Of a stretch of DNA of 64,000 nucleotides, positions 12,109 through 24,627 are shown piece after piece. The position numbers and the translations under genes are program-made. Every line of letters starts with the position of its first letter. Positions within the stretch are counted from its first letter, which is position 1. The notes under the pieces were generated by a model that saw only the letters and a list, made by a program, of their open reading frames with translations, was not told the DNA's origin and did not search any database. Source of the stretch: Camelus dromedarius (taxonomy: Eukaryota). The DNA is taken from contig NC_087436.1 in NCBI RefSeq assembly GCF_036321535.1, positions 98,830,001 through 98,894,000 of the forward strand, read 5' to 3'.

Positions 12109-13560
12109 GAGTAGCCTATAAAAAATTCTACTGAAAAACAGTACATCTCTTTAATATGTTTTGAATAATTTTCATTTTTCTAGTAAGCAGAGTAAGAATT
12201 GTAGTGACTTAAAAATCCATCTTTTATTCAGGTGATTTTGCGGATGACACAACACTAACCAAGCTGTGTTAGAGGAATTGTTTTGTTAGGTAATGCCCAT
12301 GGCCCAGTCAAATTTCTTTTAGCCCCTTTCATAATCCATTTGACTATCTTCTTCTGTGAAGCACATTTTTAAAAATGAAAAAAATCCTTTCTTATTGTAT
12401 TAAAAGTAAAACTTCTAAATTTGGAGACTGCCGTGTTTTAGCAACAGCTTTTTACAACTCTTGATGCAAAATGAATTACTGATATTTTAGCATGCAGTTG
12501 TAAAACCCTGACAAATTAATTTTCTGAGATTTTTTTTTTAGTTCCCATTGAAGTAAAAATCTTTTTAAAAATTTTTCTTTATAGCATAACAGATACCAAA
12601 CATACAGTTATTAGTTACATGCATTTATATAATTACATATATATAACAAACTCATGAAAATTCATAACTATTCATGAAAAATGAATATATATAAAAATAT
12701 ATACATGAATATATTCATTTTAAAATCCAGAACCAAGAATTGTAGCTCTGCTAACTGCTACTGTCTGCTGTGCAGACTTAATTCCAGATAACACTTCAGC
12801 TTCCAAAACTTTGTAAGTTACCACAGCATAGGAAGGTTTAAGTCAGCCACTGTTATCCTGAGTCCAAGACTTTTAAGTAGACATTGTTAAATACACAAAA
12901 TGAATCAGGGCATCAGATAAATCAGGTCAAAATTTGGAAGATCTAAATGTTAAAATTCCTCAAATTTGGAATCCCCAAAGCTAGAAGAAAGGTAATAGTC
13001 AATTTTCGGTTTCAAAAGCCTTGTCAAATTCTAGGGACCAAAGAAGAAGGTCTGGAGAATAATCAGGTAAATCAGCAGTTTTTCCTATTCTGCAAAAAAC
13101 TAGAATCCACTGTGTAATATTGTCCCAAAATTGTCTAAGTCTTTTCATTGTTAGAAGTCGATTTGTATCTGCAAAGTGAGCTGACTTCTAGATTGCAAAA
13201 TTTTGTGGCCTGTAGGTGACAATTGTTGCCCTCAGTTAAGCAATATTGCAATTTGCCTAATGGGGCTTTATGCGACTGTGAAGCAAAGAAATGTCACAAA
13301 GCTACAGTGTCAATTTTGCATTTTTTTCAAATTTCTGAGGTTATCGGAAAGAGGTCTAAGTTTGAATAATGATACATCCCTCTGGGGAAGACATTTCTCC
13401 AGGTTTCTATTTGTTTGTTTGTTTGCAAATGACTAGAGAAAATAAGAGAGTCCTCAAACCTTTGAGTAATCCTGTATCATAAACACTGGACTCCTTCATA
13501 AGCTAAAGGAGACAAGAATTTAGATTCATATGCTAGAGGAAGAGATGTCAACTGAAAACA
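12109..13560 (-). pseudogene. pol: ERV pol reverse transcriptase / RNase H remnant
   Basis: Hand translation. RT: FSVDISS, *YRITQRFEDS (cf. WTRLPQGFxxS), SHKAPLGKLQYCLTE, KRLRQF..QWI, WSLEFDKAFET, LALGIPN. RNase H: PDLSDALI...PSYAVVTYKVLEAEVLSGIKSAQQ..AVSRATILG (12725-12930), FGICYA, FTSMGTK, ISVIHF. Confidence 0.9.
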
Positions 13561-14308
13561 GGCTTGGGAGTCCTGCAAACCTGTAGGGCACAGGGGAAGA
13601 AGCCTTTAAATGAGTAGTACCAGCTGATGAGGAAGGCGTGGGAATGACTCCAGAGGCCTTGGGAAGCTTCTCTGTGGCACTGACTTTCCTGATGATCCAA
13701 ATAGAAAGAGCTTTTTGAGACCAGAAAAATGTCAATTTTATGGTACTTTGGTTTCCAGTCTTCTGTTGACATTCATCTGATTAAAACCTTGTTTGTTTAC
13801 CTTTTTTTCAAGTGGCTAGTGCAGCTACTCTTCATTTATTGCCCTCATAGCAGACAGCCTTTTATCCAAGTTCTCGTTTCTTCCTTGATTACATCTGCCC
13901 TCCCAGCTACAAGATGGGACGACAAGAGGTGGAATCTGGGCTAAACCAGAGGGTTTTCACACCTGTGTCCTCAAACAGAGCAGATTGCCAGCTAATAAAG
14001 CTGTTTCCCCATCACTCTTTTCAAGAAATGCACTAATGAAGGGAACCATCCATCTAAAAGGTTTTCACTTTCTCCTCCTCCAGAGTCATTTTGAGCCCCT
14101 GAGGGCTAAAGACATAGAGGAAGAAAAGGGAGCTGATGCAGCAGAGGAAGGAGGAAGAGGCTTCTGTGAAAAGGCAGACATCTTTAATTCTTGCACTTCC
14201 TATTCCATTTCCCTCAAGATTTTCTTCTAGCTATCCAAATTATTTTTACTTTTTTTTTTTTAATGGTTTTCTAAAATACCAGTAATTCATTTGTTTGGAA
14301 TGAGGGCT

Positions 14309-14362
14309 GCATTAGTTATGTAGGGCTGCCATAACAAAATACCACAGACTGGGTGGCTTAAA
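14309..14362 (-). mobile_element. MLT1 (MaLR) LTR terminal fragment
   Basis: tgcattagt...gggctgccataacaaaataccacagactgggtggcttaaa is the classic MLT1 terminus. Confidence 0.85.
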
Positions 14363-14366
14363 ACAC

Positions 14367-14382
14367 CCCATCCCGATTGCCA
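14367..14382 (-). promoter_or_regulatory. Primer-binding site, tRNA-Arg-like
   Basis: Minus strand TGGCAATCGGGATGGG, about 4 nt from the LTR U5 end; 12/16 match to the recalled Arg PBS TGGCGACCCAGATGGG. Confidence 0.6.
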
Positions 14383-14386
14383 GAAC

Positions 14387-14893
14387 TCCTGGAGAAATAA
14401 ATTCAAAGCAAAATTTCCTCCCAAGTCTGGAAACTTTTCCACAAAGTAAGAGAGATTTTTTAAAATATATATTATTGAGTAAGCATTAAACCAGAATGTG
14501 ATGCTATCACAGTCATTCTGCTAAAACAGGTGGAAAGATTTCTCACCTTTTTATATAGCTAACCAAGTACAGCCCATCACATACACATTCTTCAGATAAA
14601 CCTTAACTAGTCCTCAAGTAAGAGGACTTGACAGCACCATTTGTCACAGAATTTATTCTAAATTCACTTGATAATTTGGGTGATCATCCATGTTAATTAA
14701 CTAGCTTTATCCAAAGGAAAAATAAAATTCTCATTTCCTCATGACAAAAGGTAGTTTTACAAGTTAGAGTGAGGCACACCCCTGAAGTGAGGTCCTACCG
14801 TCCTACAGAAACTAGGGGCAGGGGTACTGCCTTCCTTATGATTACCTTTCGGAGAGATGGTTCTCAGATCTTTAAGAAAGACATTTCTGGGTT
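14387..14893 (-). mobile_element. ERV1 LTR (MER89/MER90-like); 5' LTR of the provirus, U3 start missing
   Basis: Same family and orientation as 6669-7318; followed by the PBS on the minus strand. Confidence 0.8.
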
Positions 14894-15770
14894 TAGATTG
14901 CATGCACCTAGGAATAATAGATTTTCAACTATTCAGTGAATAGTTCTTGAGCACTACTTTGCTGACAGTATAGCTGGCACTAATTCATCATAATCATCAT
15001 CATCATTTTCTATTTTCTGAGTAATATGTACCTTTTGTGGCTTTGCCTCAGAACTTTTGTGGCTTTACATCTATGGAATGAAAATAAATAAACTATTACT
15101 GTTGTTATAAAGATGAAGAAACTGAAGCACTCTTTAAATTATTTACCCAATATCACAAACCAGTTCTTCATAGGAGAGAGATGACAATTTTTCTAGGTCT
15201 AAGATGTTCAGACATCATTGGGACATAATATTTTATTCACATTTTTTGTGTATAGATTTTCACATGGTATTAAAGCTCATTAACACTAAAAAATTAACTT
15301 TTCCAAGTATTTTATAAATAGAGCAACTTCTATTTCTTACTTCAGCTCCAAGTATGTGATAGAATATTTTTCTCTTACTAAAAGAATTTTAAAGGGAAAA
15401 ACAATAAACAAATGAGAAAATATTTTTCAATAACTGAAACTTCTTCCTTCTTACTGCTCTAACTCTTGATATAAATGATTCCCTCTCTGAGCTTGTTCTT
15501 TAGAAGTTTCTGCAAATTACAACCCTCAAATTATTTCCGAGTACATCAGCATATTTCAGGATTCGATGCTCAGTGCTGACAAAGGACCTCTCCAGCAACT
15601 GAAATGCTTTATGCCCCAGGGAAACCCTTCCTCACAACTTTTGTCCTGTATTCTCAAAACAGGGACAATTGCATCTGAAGGTTATGAAGGTTGTGGATTG
15701 CACTCCTACTGACATCAGAAAAGGACAGTGCTTTTCAGAGAGTTCTTCTTGAAAAGGAAAACACAAATTT

Positions 15771-16090
15771 GAGATCTAATGCACAGCTTTGTGATTATAG
15801 TCAATAAAACTGTCTGATATACTTGAAAGTTGTAAAGTGACTAGATCTTAAATGTTCTCACAACAAAAAGAGAAATGATAATTATGTGATCTAATGCAGG
15901 TGTTAGCTAATTCTGTGATGGTAATCATATTGAAATATATATATGGTACCAAATCAGCAAGTTGTTCAGTTTAAATTTACACAATGTTACATGTCAATTA
16001 TATCCCAAGGGAGGGAAAAAAGAAAAAAAATCTAAAAAAAGAAATAGACAAAAAAGAAAGAAAGGGAGGAAGGAAAGAAGGAAGGAAGGA
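15771..16090 (+). mobile_element. 5'-truncated L1 (L1MA-type 3' UTR) with A-rich/GGAA tail
   Basis: tagatcttaaatgttctcac...tgtcaattatat followed by the tail; TSD ggaaaacacaaattt (15756-15770) / ggaaaaccacaaattt (16091-16106). Confidence 0.85.
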
Positions 16091-17054
16091 GGAAAACCAC
16101 AAATTTAATGCATTTTCAGGCCCTCATCTTTGATAGGCTGAATGCAGCATGGTGAAATATAATTTTTCAGTACCACCAAGAATCCATTTGATCGCTTTTG
16201 TTCATCTTCTAATTTTTAAGTACCCATGATTTAGTGTAGCTTTTGGAATAGTTGCACCTGGTTACTATTAAACATTTTTAATAATAAATGATATGATTTA
16301 ATGATAAATGACTATATTTATCTATAAGGTTTGTGTGCATAAATATAACTTTTTTTTACATTGGCACATCGACCATTAGAATTGTGAATGGTCTTATCCT
16401 TATAATACATATTGAGATATAATTTTACAAATTAAAGTAAAATTCCAGCTTTATCTCATTTAATTTTAATATTTATTACATGTATATTTTAACTTGAATA
16501 ATTTTAGCATTTTAGAAGAAAATAGATATAAGTAAAAATAATTTTATGTTTATATTAATTTACATTGTTCTTAAAATATTTTTGTTTTGTTTGTTTGAAT
16601 ACAATTGTATTTTTCAATGATAAGAACACTTGATATGGAATCTACTCTCAATACATTTTTAAATGCATAAGACAGATGACAAATAGAAATTATAATGGAG
16701 CAATCATAGTCCAGGCATACAAAAATACAGTCAGGTAGTCATTGAGGATCTGGTCTCAGATACATCCTTATACAACTGAGAACTTACATTTTCTCTGGCC
16801 TGTATCAATCTTTAGGAAAACATAGCCATTTTTAAAACAGTACTTGCTGGCAGCTGCTAGTTGCAACCTTGCAGCTACTTCAAAGTTCTCTCCCTCTTCA
16901 CAACTAGGTAATCACTTTGAATTCCAATATATATTATATATATAATGGAATACAACTCACCCATAAAAAAGGATATTTTGCAGCCCTTCTCTCACTTTTT
17001 TTTTTCCACTTAAAAAACCAGAAGTTTATAACTGGTTATAATTTTATAACATAT

Positions 17055-17332
17055 TTCCATTACATCAAAAACAATAAAATACCTAGAAATAAACCCAACC
17101 AAGGAGGTTACCTATACTCTGAGAACCAGAATGACACAAAGAAATGGACAGATTTCTTGTGCTCTTGGATTGGAAGAATCAACACTATCAAAATGGCCAC
17201 ACTACCCAAAGCAATCCATGGATCCAATGCAACCTCTGTCAAAATATTCACTACATTCCTCATGGAACTAGAACAAACAATTCCAAAATTTATAAGAAAT
17301 CACAAAAGACTCCAAACAACCAAAGCAATCTA
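17055..17332 (+). mobile_element. L1 ORF2 fragment (post-RT)
   Basis: Translates KKWTDFLCSWIGRINTIKMATLPKAI...ELEQTIPKFI, typical of ORF2p. Confidence 0.92.
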
Positions 17333-17334
17333 TT

Positions 17335-18029
17335 GAAGTCTCTCTTTTATTTTTTATTTCTCTTTCTTCTTTTTGTCCTCTTTTCTTATGGTTGATGACT
17401 AGAGAAGGTCCTTTAACATTTGTTGTAAAACTGGTTTGGTGGCGCTGAAATCTTTTAGCTTTTGTTTATCTGTGAAGCTTTTGATTTCTCCATCAAGTCT
17501 GAATGAGAGCCTTGCTGGATAGAGTATTCTTGGTTGTAAGTTTCCCCCTTGCATCACTTTAAATATATCGTGCCACTCCCTCTGGCCTGTAGAGTTTCTG
17601 CTGAACAATCAGCTGGCAAGCTTATGAGAGTTCCCTTCTATGTTATTGGTTGCTTTCCTCTCGCTAATTTTAGTATTTTCTCCTCATCCTTAATTGTTGT
17701 CAATTTGATGACTATGTGCCTTGGTGTGTTCCTCTTTGAGTTGATTCTGTGTGGTACTCTTTGCCCTTCCATGACTTGGGTGACTGTTTCCTTTCCCAAG
17801 TTGGGGAAATTTTCAGTAATTATCTCTCCAAAAATTTTCTCAAGTTCTTTCTCTCTGTCTTCTCTTTCTGGGACCCCTATGATGCAAATATTAGCGTGCT
17901 TCATGTTGTCCTAGAGTTCTCTTAAACTATCCTCATTCCTTTTTATTATTTTTTCTTTTTTCTGTTATGAAGTAATGATTTCCACTAATCTGTCTTCTAG
18001 CTCACTGATCCGTTCTTCTGCCTCATGTA
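17335..18029 (-). mobile_element. L1 ORF1 C-terminal part plus inter-ORF remnant
   Basis: NICIIGVPEREDREK...ENFPNL...RNTPRHIVIKL; REWHDIFKV...LQPRILYPARLSF...LQQMLKDLL*. Confidence 0.95.
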
Positions 18030-19215
18030 GGAGTTCCAGTCAAGATGGCTGAGTGGTAGGACCACGACGAGCTCATCTCCCCTCGTGACTACAATGAAAC
18101 CACAACTGAATGCTAAACAACTATTGAAAAAAGACTGGAACCTAGCAAAAAAGGTCTTCTGCAACTGGAAACATAAAGAGGGAACCACAGCAGGACAGTA
18201 GGAGGGGTGTGCTCATGATATAATTGGGCCCTATACCCCCCAGATGGACAACCCACAAGCTGAAGATTTGTTAAGCTGCAGCAGTCCTCCCACAGGAGTG
18301 AGTGCTCTAAGTCCCACATCAGGCTCCCCAGCTCAGGTCCCGGCATTGATAAGAGAAGGAGCCCCCAGGACATATGGTTTTGAAGGCCAGAGGGGCTTGG
18401 CTCTGGGAGCCTCATGGGCTTGGGGGAAACAGAGACTCCATTTGCTTGAGAAGCGTACATGGAAACTCATGTGCACCAGGTCCAAGGGCAGAGGCAGTGA
18501 TTTCATAGGAACCTGGGCCAGACCTGGAGGAGCTCCTGAGGGCGTGGGGGACAACTGAGGCTCACTCAGGGGACATAAAAGCTGGTGGCAGACATTTCAG
18601 GAGTGTTCATCTACATAAGTTTTCCTGGAGGCTGACATCTTGATTGGATCATTAGCACCAAGACCTAGCCCTACCCAACAGCCTGTAGAGAAGCCTCAGG
18701 CCAAACAACATACAGGGTGGGAGCAAAGCCACATCCATCATCAGACTTTCTAAGCCACAAAGGCCTCTAGACACAGCCCTACTCACCAGAGGTTCAGGAC
18801 CAAGCTTCACCCAGTAGTGGGCAGGCACTGGCTCCTCCGGCCAGGAACCCTGCATAAGCCTCTAGTCCAGCCTCATCCACCAGGGACAGATACTAGAAAT
18901 AAGAAAACAATAATCCCAAAGCCTGTGGAAGGAATCCATGAACACATAGAAAGATACACAATATGAGGCAGCAAAGGAATATCTCCCAGGCCAAAACACA
19001 AGATAAAATCCCAGAAGAAGAAATAAGTGATGAGGAGATAGGTAATTTACCTGAGAAAGAGTTTAAAGTAATGATGGCCTAAGATGTTCAGAGAACTCAA
19101 GAGGAGTACAGATGCACAGAGTGAAGTTTTTAGCAAAGAACTGGAAAATATAAAGAACACCCAAACAGAGTTGAAGAATAAAGTAACTGAAATGAACAAT
19201 ACACTAGAAGGAACC
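18030..19215 (+). mobile_element. L1 5' UTR and ORF1 N-terminus (inverted 5' segment)
   Basis: Begins ggagttccagtCAAGATGGC (YY1-type site at 18041-18049); GC-richer UTR; ORF1 ATG at 18963; ends TEMNNTLEG. Confidence 0.9.
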
Positions 19216-21438
19216 AGGAATAGTCCAATCCTTATTCTTGACAATAACTTTTGTAACTTTTTTTTTCATTTATAAGCTTCCCTTATTTTGTAGTGAGGGG
19301 AACACAATTCAAGTACTCCTTGAATCTATGTCTCCCAATCTGTAGTCCTAACAAATCCCAAATAAATGCCTTTTTATTTCAACAAAGTCTCTGTTGGAAT
19401 TCTTAGTTAACATTAACTATAGGCGTTCTGTAGATCAGATCTCTAGAACGTTTTCATCTTGCATAACTGAAACTGTGTACCTTTTAACCAACATTTCCCC
19501 ATTTCTTTCACCCTGCAACCTCTGACAACCACCATTCTACTCCCTGTTTCTATCAGTTTGGCTATTTACATACCTCATATAACTGGAATCAAGTAGAATT
19601 TGTCCTTCTCTGGCTAGGTTATTTCACTTAGCACAATGTCCTAAGTTTCCCTTTTAAATTCTGTGGATAACTGGGGCCATGTATGAGAGAATTGTGATAT
19701 TTACATGTTTAACATTTAAATATTCTGTTTAGATTTCTAAAATGTGGGAACAATAAAAGTGAGGAGAATTGTATCAAATTTGATCCTTAAAAATACATAA
19801 ACAGAAAATTACAAACTTTCATGATGTAATTAATAATGAAAGCCATAAAAAATAAGCAAGAAAGTTCTTCATCAAATCTCCAACTTGAATCTGCAACTTC
19901 ATGTTTATTCTTAAAGAGATTATTTGAAGAATTATTGCAAAAGCAATTAAAGTTAGAAAGATAAGTTTTCATATCTTATTCGTAACTCAGAAGTAGTAAA
20001 TAACAATTGCAGCCTGTCCATTAGAAGACACGGAATATCATATTCATTAACTCAACCAATTGGTTAAGAAAGTTGGAAATTGAAACTTTGCTCTGTTCAT
20101 TGTTATAATTACACTGTTTACCCCAAAGGAGATTAAAATCTGAAGACCCATGGAGCCTCCAGTGGTATATTTTATATTAGTCATGGATTATTTCAATGGA
20201 AGGGAGAAGTTTTGAGAAATGGAGAACAAAGGATTAACTAAGTCCCAGTTGAAGGGCATGGTTGATGGAAAACCTAATTTACATGGCAGAAAAAAAAACA
20301 TTAAAAGTCACATTACCATTCTCTGGTACAGTCTTGGATCATATCCAAGGCCTATGTTGCTTTTGTTCTTGGGTCACTTTTGTCCAGAGGCTATGTGCAG
20401 TGGTAATTATTTAACCAATTATCTTCATTCATACTCATTTTCTATATCTGAGTTATGATCATGTGATCTTGGCTGCTCTGGAACTCCCCTTCAGCGTGTG
20501 AATAGATTTATAGCTATGGAATTGTTAGAAAGAAAATGCTTTTAATTTGTGACATTCGGGAGAATTAACAAACAATTTTAACCATTGTGTGATTTGATGT
20601 GCATTTTTTAAGTTGTTTGAACACTTGAGCTACTAAATTTATATCTGAGTTAGCATATTTGTTCTATATGCTTAGTGAGATTCTAGTTTTTAAATAAGTA
20701 ATTCTGCTTTCTTAGGTGCTTACCTTTGAAAAAACTTAGCTATATTAAATTGCAATTATACACTGAAAGGCCAAAATAATTTGATAAATTAAATATGAAA
20801 ATAGGGTTAAATTTTTAAGGAAATTTATCTGAAATTTATCAATTAATTAAATGTAACAATACACTTGTTAAAAAGTGATTTTATTTTATATGTAAATTAC
20901 TTAAATATATGATTAATATACAGAAGTTGTATATTGAAATAAATGAAAACTAAGAAGTAGAGTTTTCAAATTTGTAAACTTTATGCAGGTAGAATTGAGA
21001 AAATAAGAATAAAAATGTCTCCTCAAACATCAAAACTTCACTGCACATAGACATTAATATATGTAATCAGTATGTCAGGATATTTACTAACACATGAGTT
21101 GGACCAGATAATCTGTCCCTTCCATAAAGAGCATTGTGTCTTTTCTCCAGCATGAGGTTTTTGTTTGTTACTTTCCTCTATCTCAGACAGGTTCTTTGTG
21201 TTTTGTGATTGATACTTGGGAGAATGGGTAGAGGGAGACAAAAATGGAGAGGCAAAATAAAAGCAGAAGATGAGAAAAACATTCAGATCAATGCTATGGG
21301 GTCAACTTTTGATGAATTATGAGGGAGCGTTATACAGAAGTATCTGTGATATATGACAAGCAGATTTTCAAGAAGGTAAAGAATTTTTCAAAAATTTTGT
21401 TGCATTCTCTTTAGAATATCTGGCAAAAGCATGTATAA

Positions 21439-21632
21439 TTTTTTTCAATTGAAGTATAGTTAATTACAATGTGTCAATTTCTGACATACAGCATAATGTC
21501 CCTGTCATGCATATACATATATATATTTGATTTCACATTCTTTTTCATTAAAGGTTATTACAAGATATTGATATAGTTCCCTGTGCTATGCAGAAGAAAT
21601 CTGTTTTTATCTATTTTTATATACAGTGGTCA
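21439..21632 (-). mobile_element. L1 3' end (lineage-specific family, same as 36700-37204)
   Basis: ttttttcaattgaagtatagt...gttccctgtgctat; matches the reverse complement of the 3' end of 36700-37204. Confidence 0.85.
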
Positions 21633-22419
21633 ATATTTTCAATAATTTAAATTTACTTTTAATTAGTTGGAAATTTTTTTTTGATTACACAAAATGATTA
21701 TATTTTGCTGAGAGTTTGGACTACGTCGATCACACAATAGATTACAATAAATTATCTTAGGATACATCAGAACATCAATCTGGTTTGATAGAGTTGGGGA
21801 TATGGATCAGAAGAAAGACTAAAATGATGTAAGGTAAAACTTGTTTTCTAAGTTATATGTTGCCTCACTCAATTCTGGGCTATGTTAGAGAATTGGGGAT
21901 CCTTTTAACTTTTGTGCCAAGACTCGGAAATAGAATATTTCAGTTTTTGTCTCTATGTAAGAATATTGCTCCCTTTTATTGATATCCTAGGCTATACAAT
22001 TTTAGTTGCACAATATTTAATAGCCTTTTCTTCATTAAGTTCTACATATAAAGTTGAAGTGCATATTTACTTAAAAAATATGTTTGCAGGAACATGGCTG
22101 TTACAGAAGTAAAATCCAAAGAAATTCGTAGGTAGTTCATTACACTACCCAAAATGAAAAAGTAGTCAACTATTAGTTTGTATAAAACCATGCACGCTGT
22201 TTGTTATATGAGAAGTACAACATGATGTGAAGAAGCTATGTGGACATGGATCTAAACATCAAAGACAAAAGCACGCAAGGGCATCATTCATGAGCCTAAC
22301 ACAAAAGACTTCTTGAGTATTTTAAACAATCAGATTAAAGCCTATTTATTCCTACTTTTTTGGGGTTTCTACCAAAATGTTTGTGTTTGATGTTAGCAAT
22401 CATCCTGTATTCTGTCAGA

Positions 22420-23045
22420 ATTGTACTGCTAAGTTGATAATAACGGTGATCAGAGAGAGTTCCTTGCAAGTGTTATCAATCCCAAGAGAGTAGAACACTA
22501 TGCACCTGGTCACCAACCCCAGGGAAGGATTCAAACTACGTGGGGGAATAGCAAAGAGCATCACGATGCCAGCCCCAGCAATAGAATTCCAAGCACTTCT
22601 GCCCACTGCATTTTGGTATCAGAGTCATCAAGAAGAACACAATGCAGTCAAGCAATAGAATAACATTTTAATTACATAGAGAAGAAATAGGTCAGGATCA
22701 GCTCCAATAGTGGGTGTTGGTCCCCCAAGGACAGCCAGTCTCTCCTAGTGTCTGATGCAGAGCAGTTTGCCTATATGCACCCTTCTTGTGCCACAGTAGA
22801 AAGGACCCTGTCCCCTCCCTGAAGATGACAGATATAACAGTGGGGTTGGCCAGGTGCTATATAACATACAGGCTTCAAATGGTATTGAGCCCAAAACAGG
22901 GAGAGATATTCCCATCCAAGGTGATAAGCCTGGCTTAGGCCATATGGGCTTTTTATCTGGTTAATGAACTATTCCAGGCCCACAGCCCATTCTCATGCAT
23001 CTGGTGGGGATGGAAAGACTGGATGCATAAGACCGCCTTTCCCAG
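22420..23045 (-). mobile_element. ERVL-type LTR (MER54/MER74-group-like)
   Basis: GC-richer ~620 bp block with LTR-like ends; family recalled from motifs such as agtggggttggccagg and gcctttccca. Confidence 0.55.
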
Positions 23046-23651
23046 TTATAATCATCAGACTTACTGGTCTCTAATAAGTTCAAATTGATACAATTGACAG
23101 AGAAAGTCTAAATAATCCAAAGATGGCCTTCTATTTATTCCTCTGAAATTGAGAAGTCCTTGCCCCTGTTATTATATCTCTACTATACAAATAGTTCTGG
23201 AACCCCCCCCTCCACTATATAGATAGGTAGATAGGTAGATAGATGGTAAAAACTGAGAAATAGGTTAAGTCATTTGTTATTATTCAGTAGGATTTGTTTA
23301 AATTTTCAACTTATGTTAGTTTTGCTTCTATGTAGTATTATACTATAAAGAAACAATTACCAACAAAAACACAGAGCAGAGAATATTTGTTTGCTGTAAA
23401 TCTGAGAGACAAATTGTAAATAAGCTAGATTCAAAAACAGAAAAAATCAAGTAAGGAAAAGCATTTGGATAATCATTAGTAATCAGATAAATCACCAAGT
23501 TGGCATAATAACAAATTAGAAAAAGAAAAATAATTGTAAGCAAACCAACAAACAAATAGTGCATGTGCTTGTGTGTTTATGTGTGTGTGCACAACAATAT
23601 AAGACAGATGACTACAACAAGAGAATGAAAAATACAGTGGTCAACAAGATG

Positions 23652-23677
23652 CACACACACACACACACACACACACA
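23652..23677. repeat. (CA)n microsatellite
   Basis: Read directly from the sequence. Confidence 0.95.
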
Positions 23678-23679
23678 TT

Positions 23680-24055
23680 CTGTAGCAGTGTTGTTCATGG
23701 CTGTATACCAAGCTGAAGCTTTCAGGAACTCAATAATTTTCCATCTATTTCATCTGTCATCTCTAGGGTTCACCTTTGCCCAATGATTAAAGATGGCTCA
23801 TCAGTACTTTAGCATCCCCAATCTGCAGATTGGGGAAGGAAAGTATGCTTCTTTCTTTTTAGAAGTTTGTCCCTAAGATTCAAACATCACTTGTGCTTAT
23901 AACCCATTGGCCAGAACCTTGTCATATGGCCATATCTAGTTCAAGAGAGTTTGGGAAATGAACATTTTAGCTGGTCTGCCATGTGTCATTTAAATATTTA
24001 GTCACTATATAAAAAGGCAATAAAAAACTTTGGGAGGGCAGCTAATTGCCTCTCT
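23680..24055 (-). mobile_element. Old MLT1 (MaLR) LTR
   Basis: aagatggctc...ccattggccagaac..gtcatatggcca...tgggaaatg. Confidence 0.7.
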
Positions 24056-24089
24056 TTCTATAAAATGTTGTTACTTGGAGTGTTGCATG

Positions 24090-24627
24090 TGTTACCTCAA
24101 AAGGTAAAGACCCCAGGTCTTGTCATACCCAGAAGACAAGTTTACAGTTGGGAGATAGTGCGTTGTGTGGCAAAAAATTTTAAAGGATTTATTTAGAAAA
24201 GGGAAAGTACAACTCCAAGAATGGGAGGCGGGCTGATCCGAGGGAGGAAAAGCAGCAGTTTTTGGTTTCCCTTTTTCTTATACCCTCGCTTGATTGATTT
24301 GTCCCTGAAGTGCTTAGTCATGTTTAATCCCTTTGCATATTTACTTATTCCTGGTATATATAGAAAAACCCAAAGGGGCAACCTAAATCGCAATGTTAAT
24401 TATAATGCAATGAACATCAGGTCATGTCCAGTTAAATTCTTTGATTAAGTCCTTTTTGCTACCATGTAGTTGTGGCTGTCAGGTTCTAACTGGTCTCTTG
24501 TTGGCACTCATTCAGAAGAGGTAAAGCACCCCTTTATGCTTCAGGTGGGCATAACGCCATCTTTTGGACCATCCTCCCTCTCCTCCACCTACCTGCCCGG
24601 TGCCCCCACTTATCTAACTACCTAACA
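24090..24627 (-). mobile_element. Young ERV1 solo LTR
   Basis: tgttacc...cctaaca; perfect TSD CATG (24086-24089 and 24628-24631); poly(A) signal seen as tttatt at ~24188. Confidence 0.9.

Larger units (their letters stand above)
16677..19412 (+). mobile_element. ERV LTR split by an L1 (pieces ~16677-16925 and 19216-19412)
   Basis: TG start at the break in the host L1; the right piece has a TATA-like tttataa and aataaa and ends gttaaca. Confidence 0.55.
16600..19645 (-). mobile_element. Old L1MA-type 3' UTR split by an LTR (pieces ~16600-16676 and 19413-19645)
   Basis: aagaacactt..atctactctc..aatgcataagacag continues as ttaactatagg..agatctctagaac..tcatcttgcataactgaaact. Confidence 0.7.

Noticed and set aside
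13740..13790. Peptide VNRRLETKVP as the RT N-terminus
   Set aside because: Spacing to the next RT motif is wrong and the surroundings look like ERV leader; probably chance.
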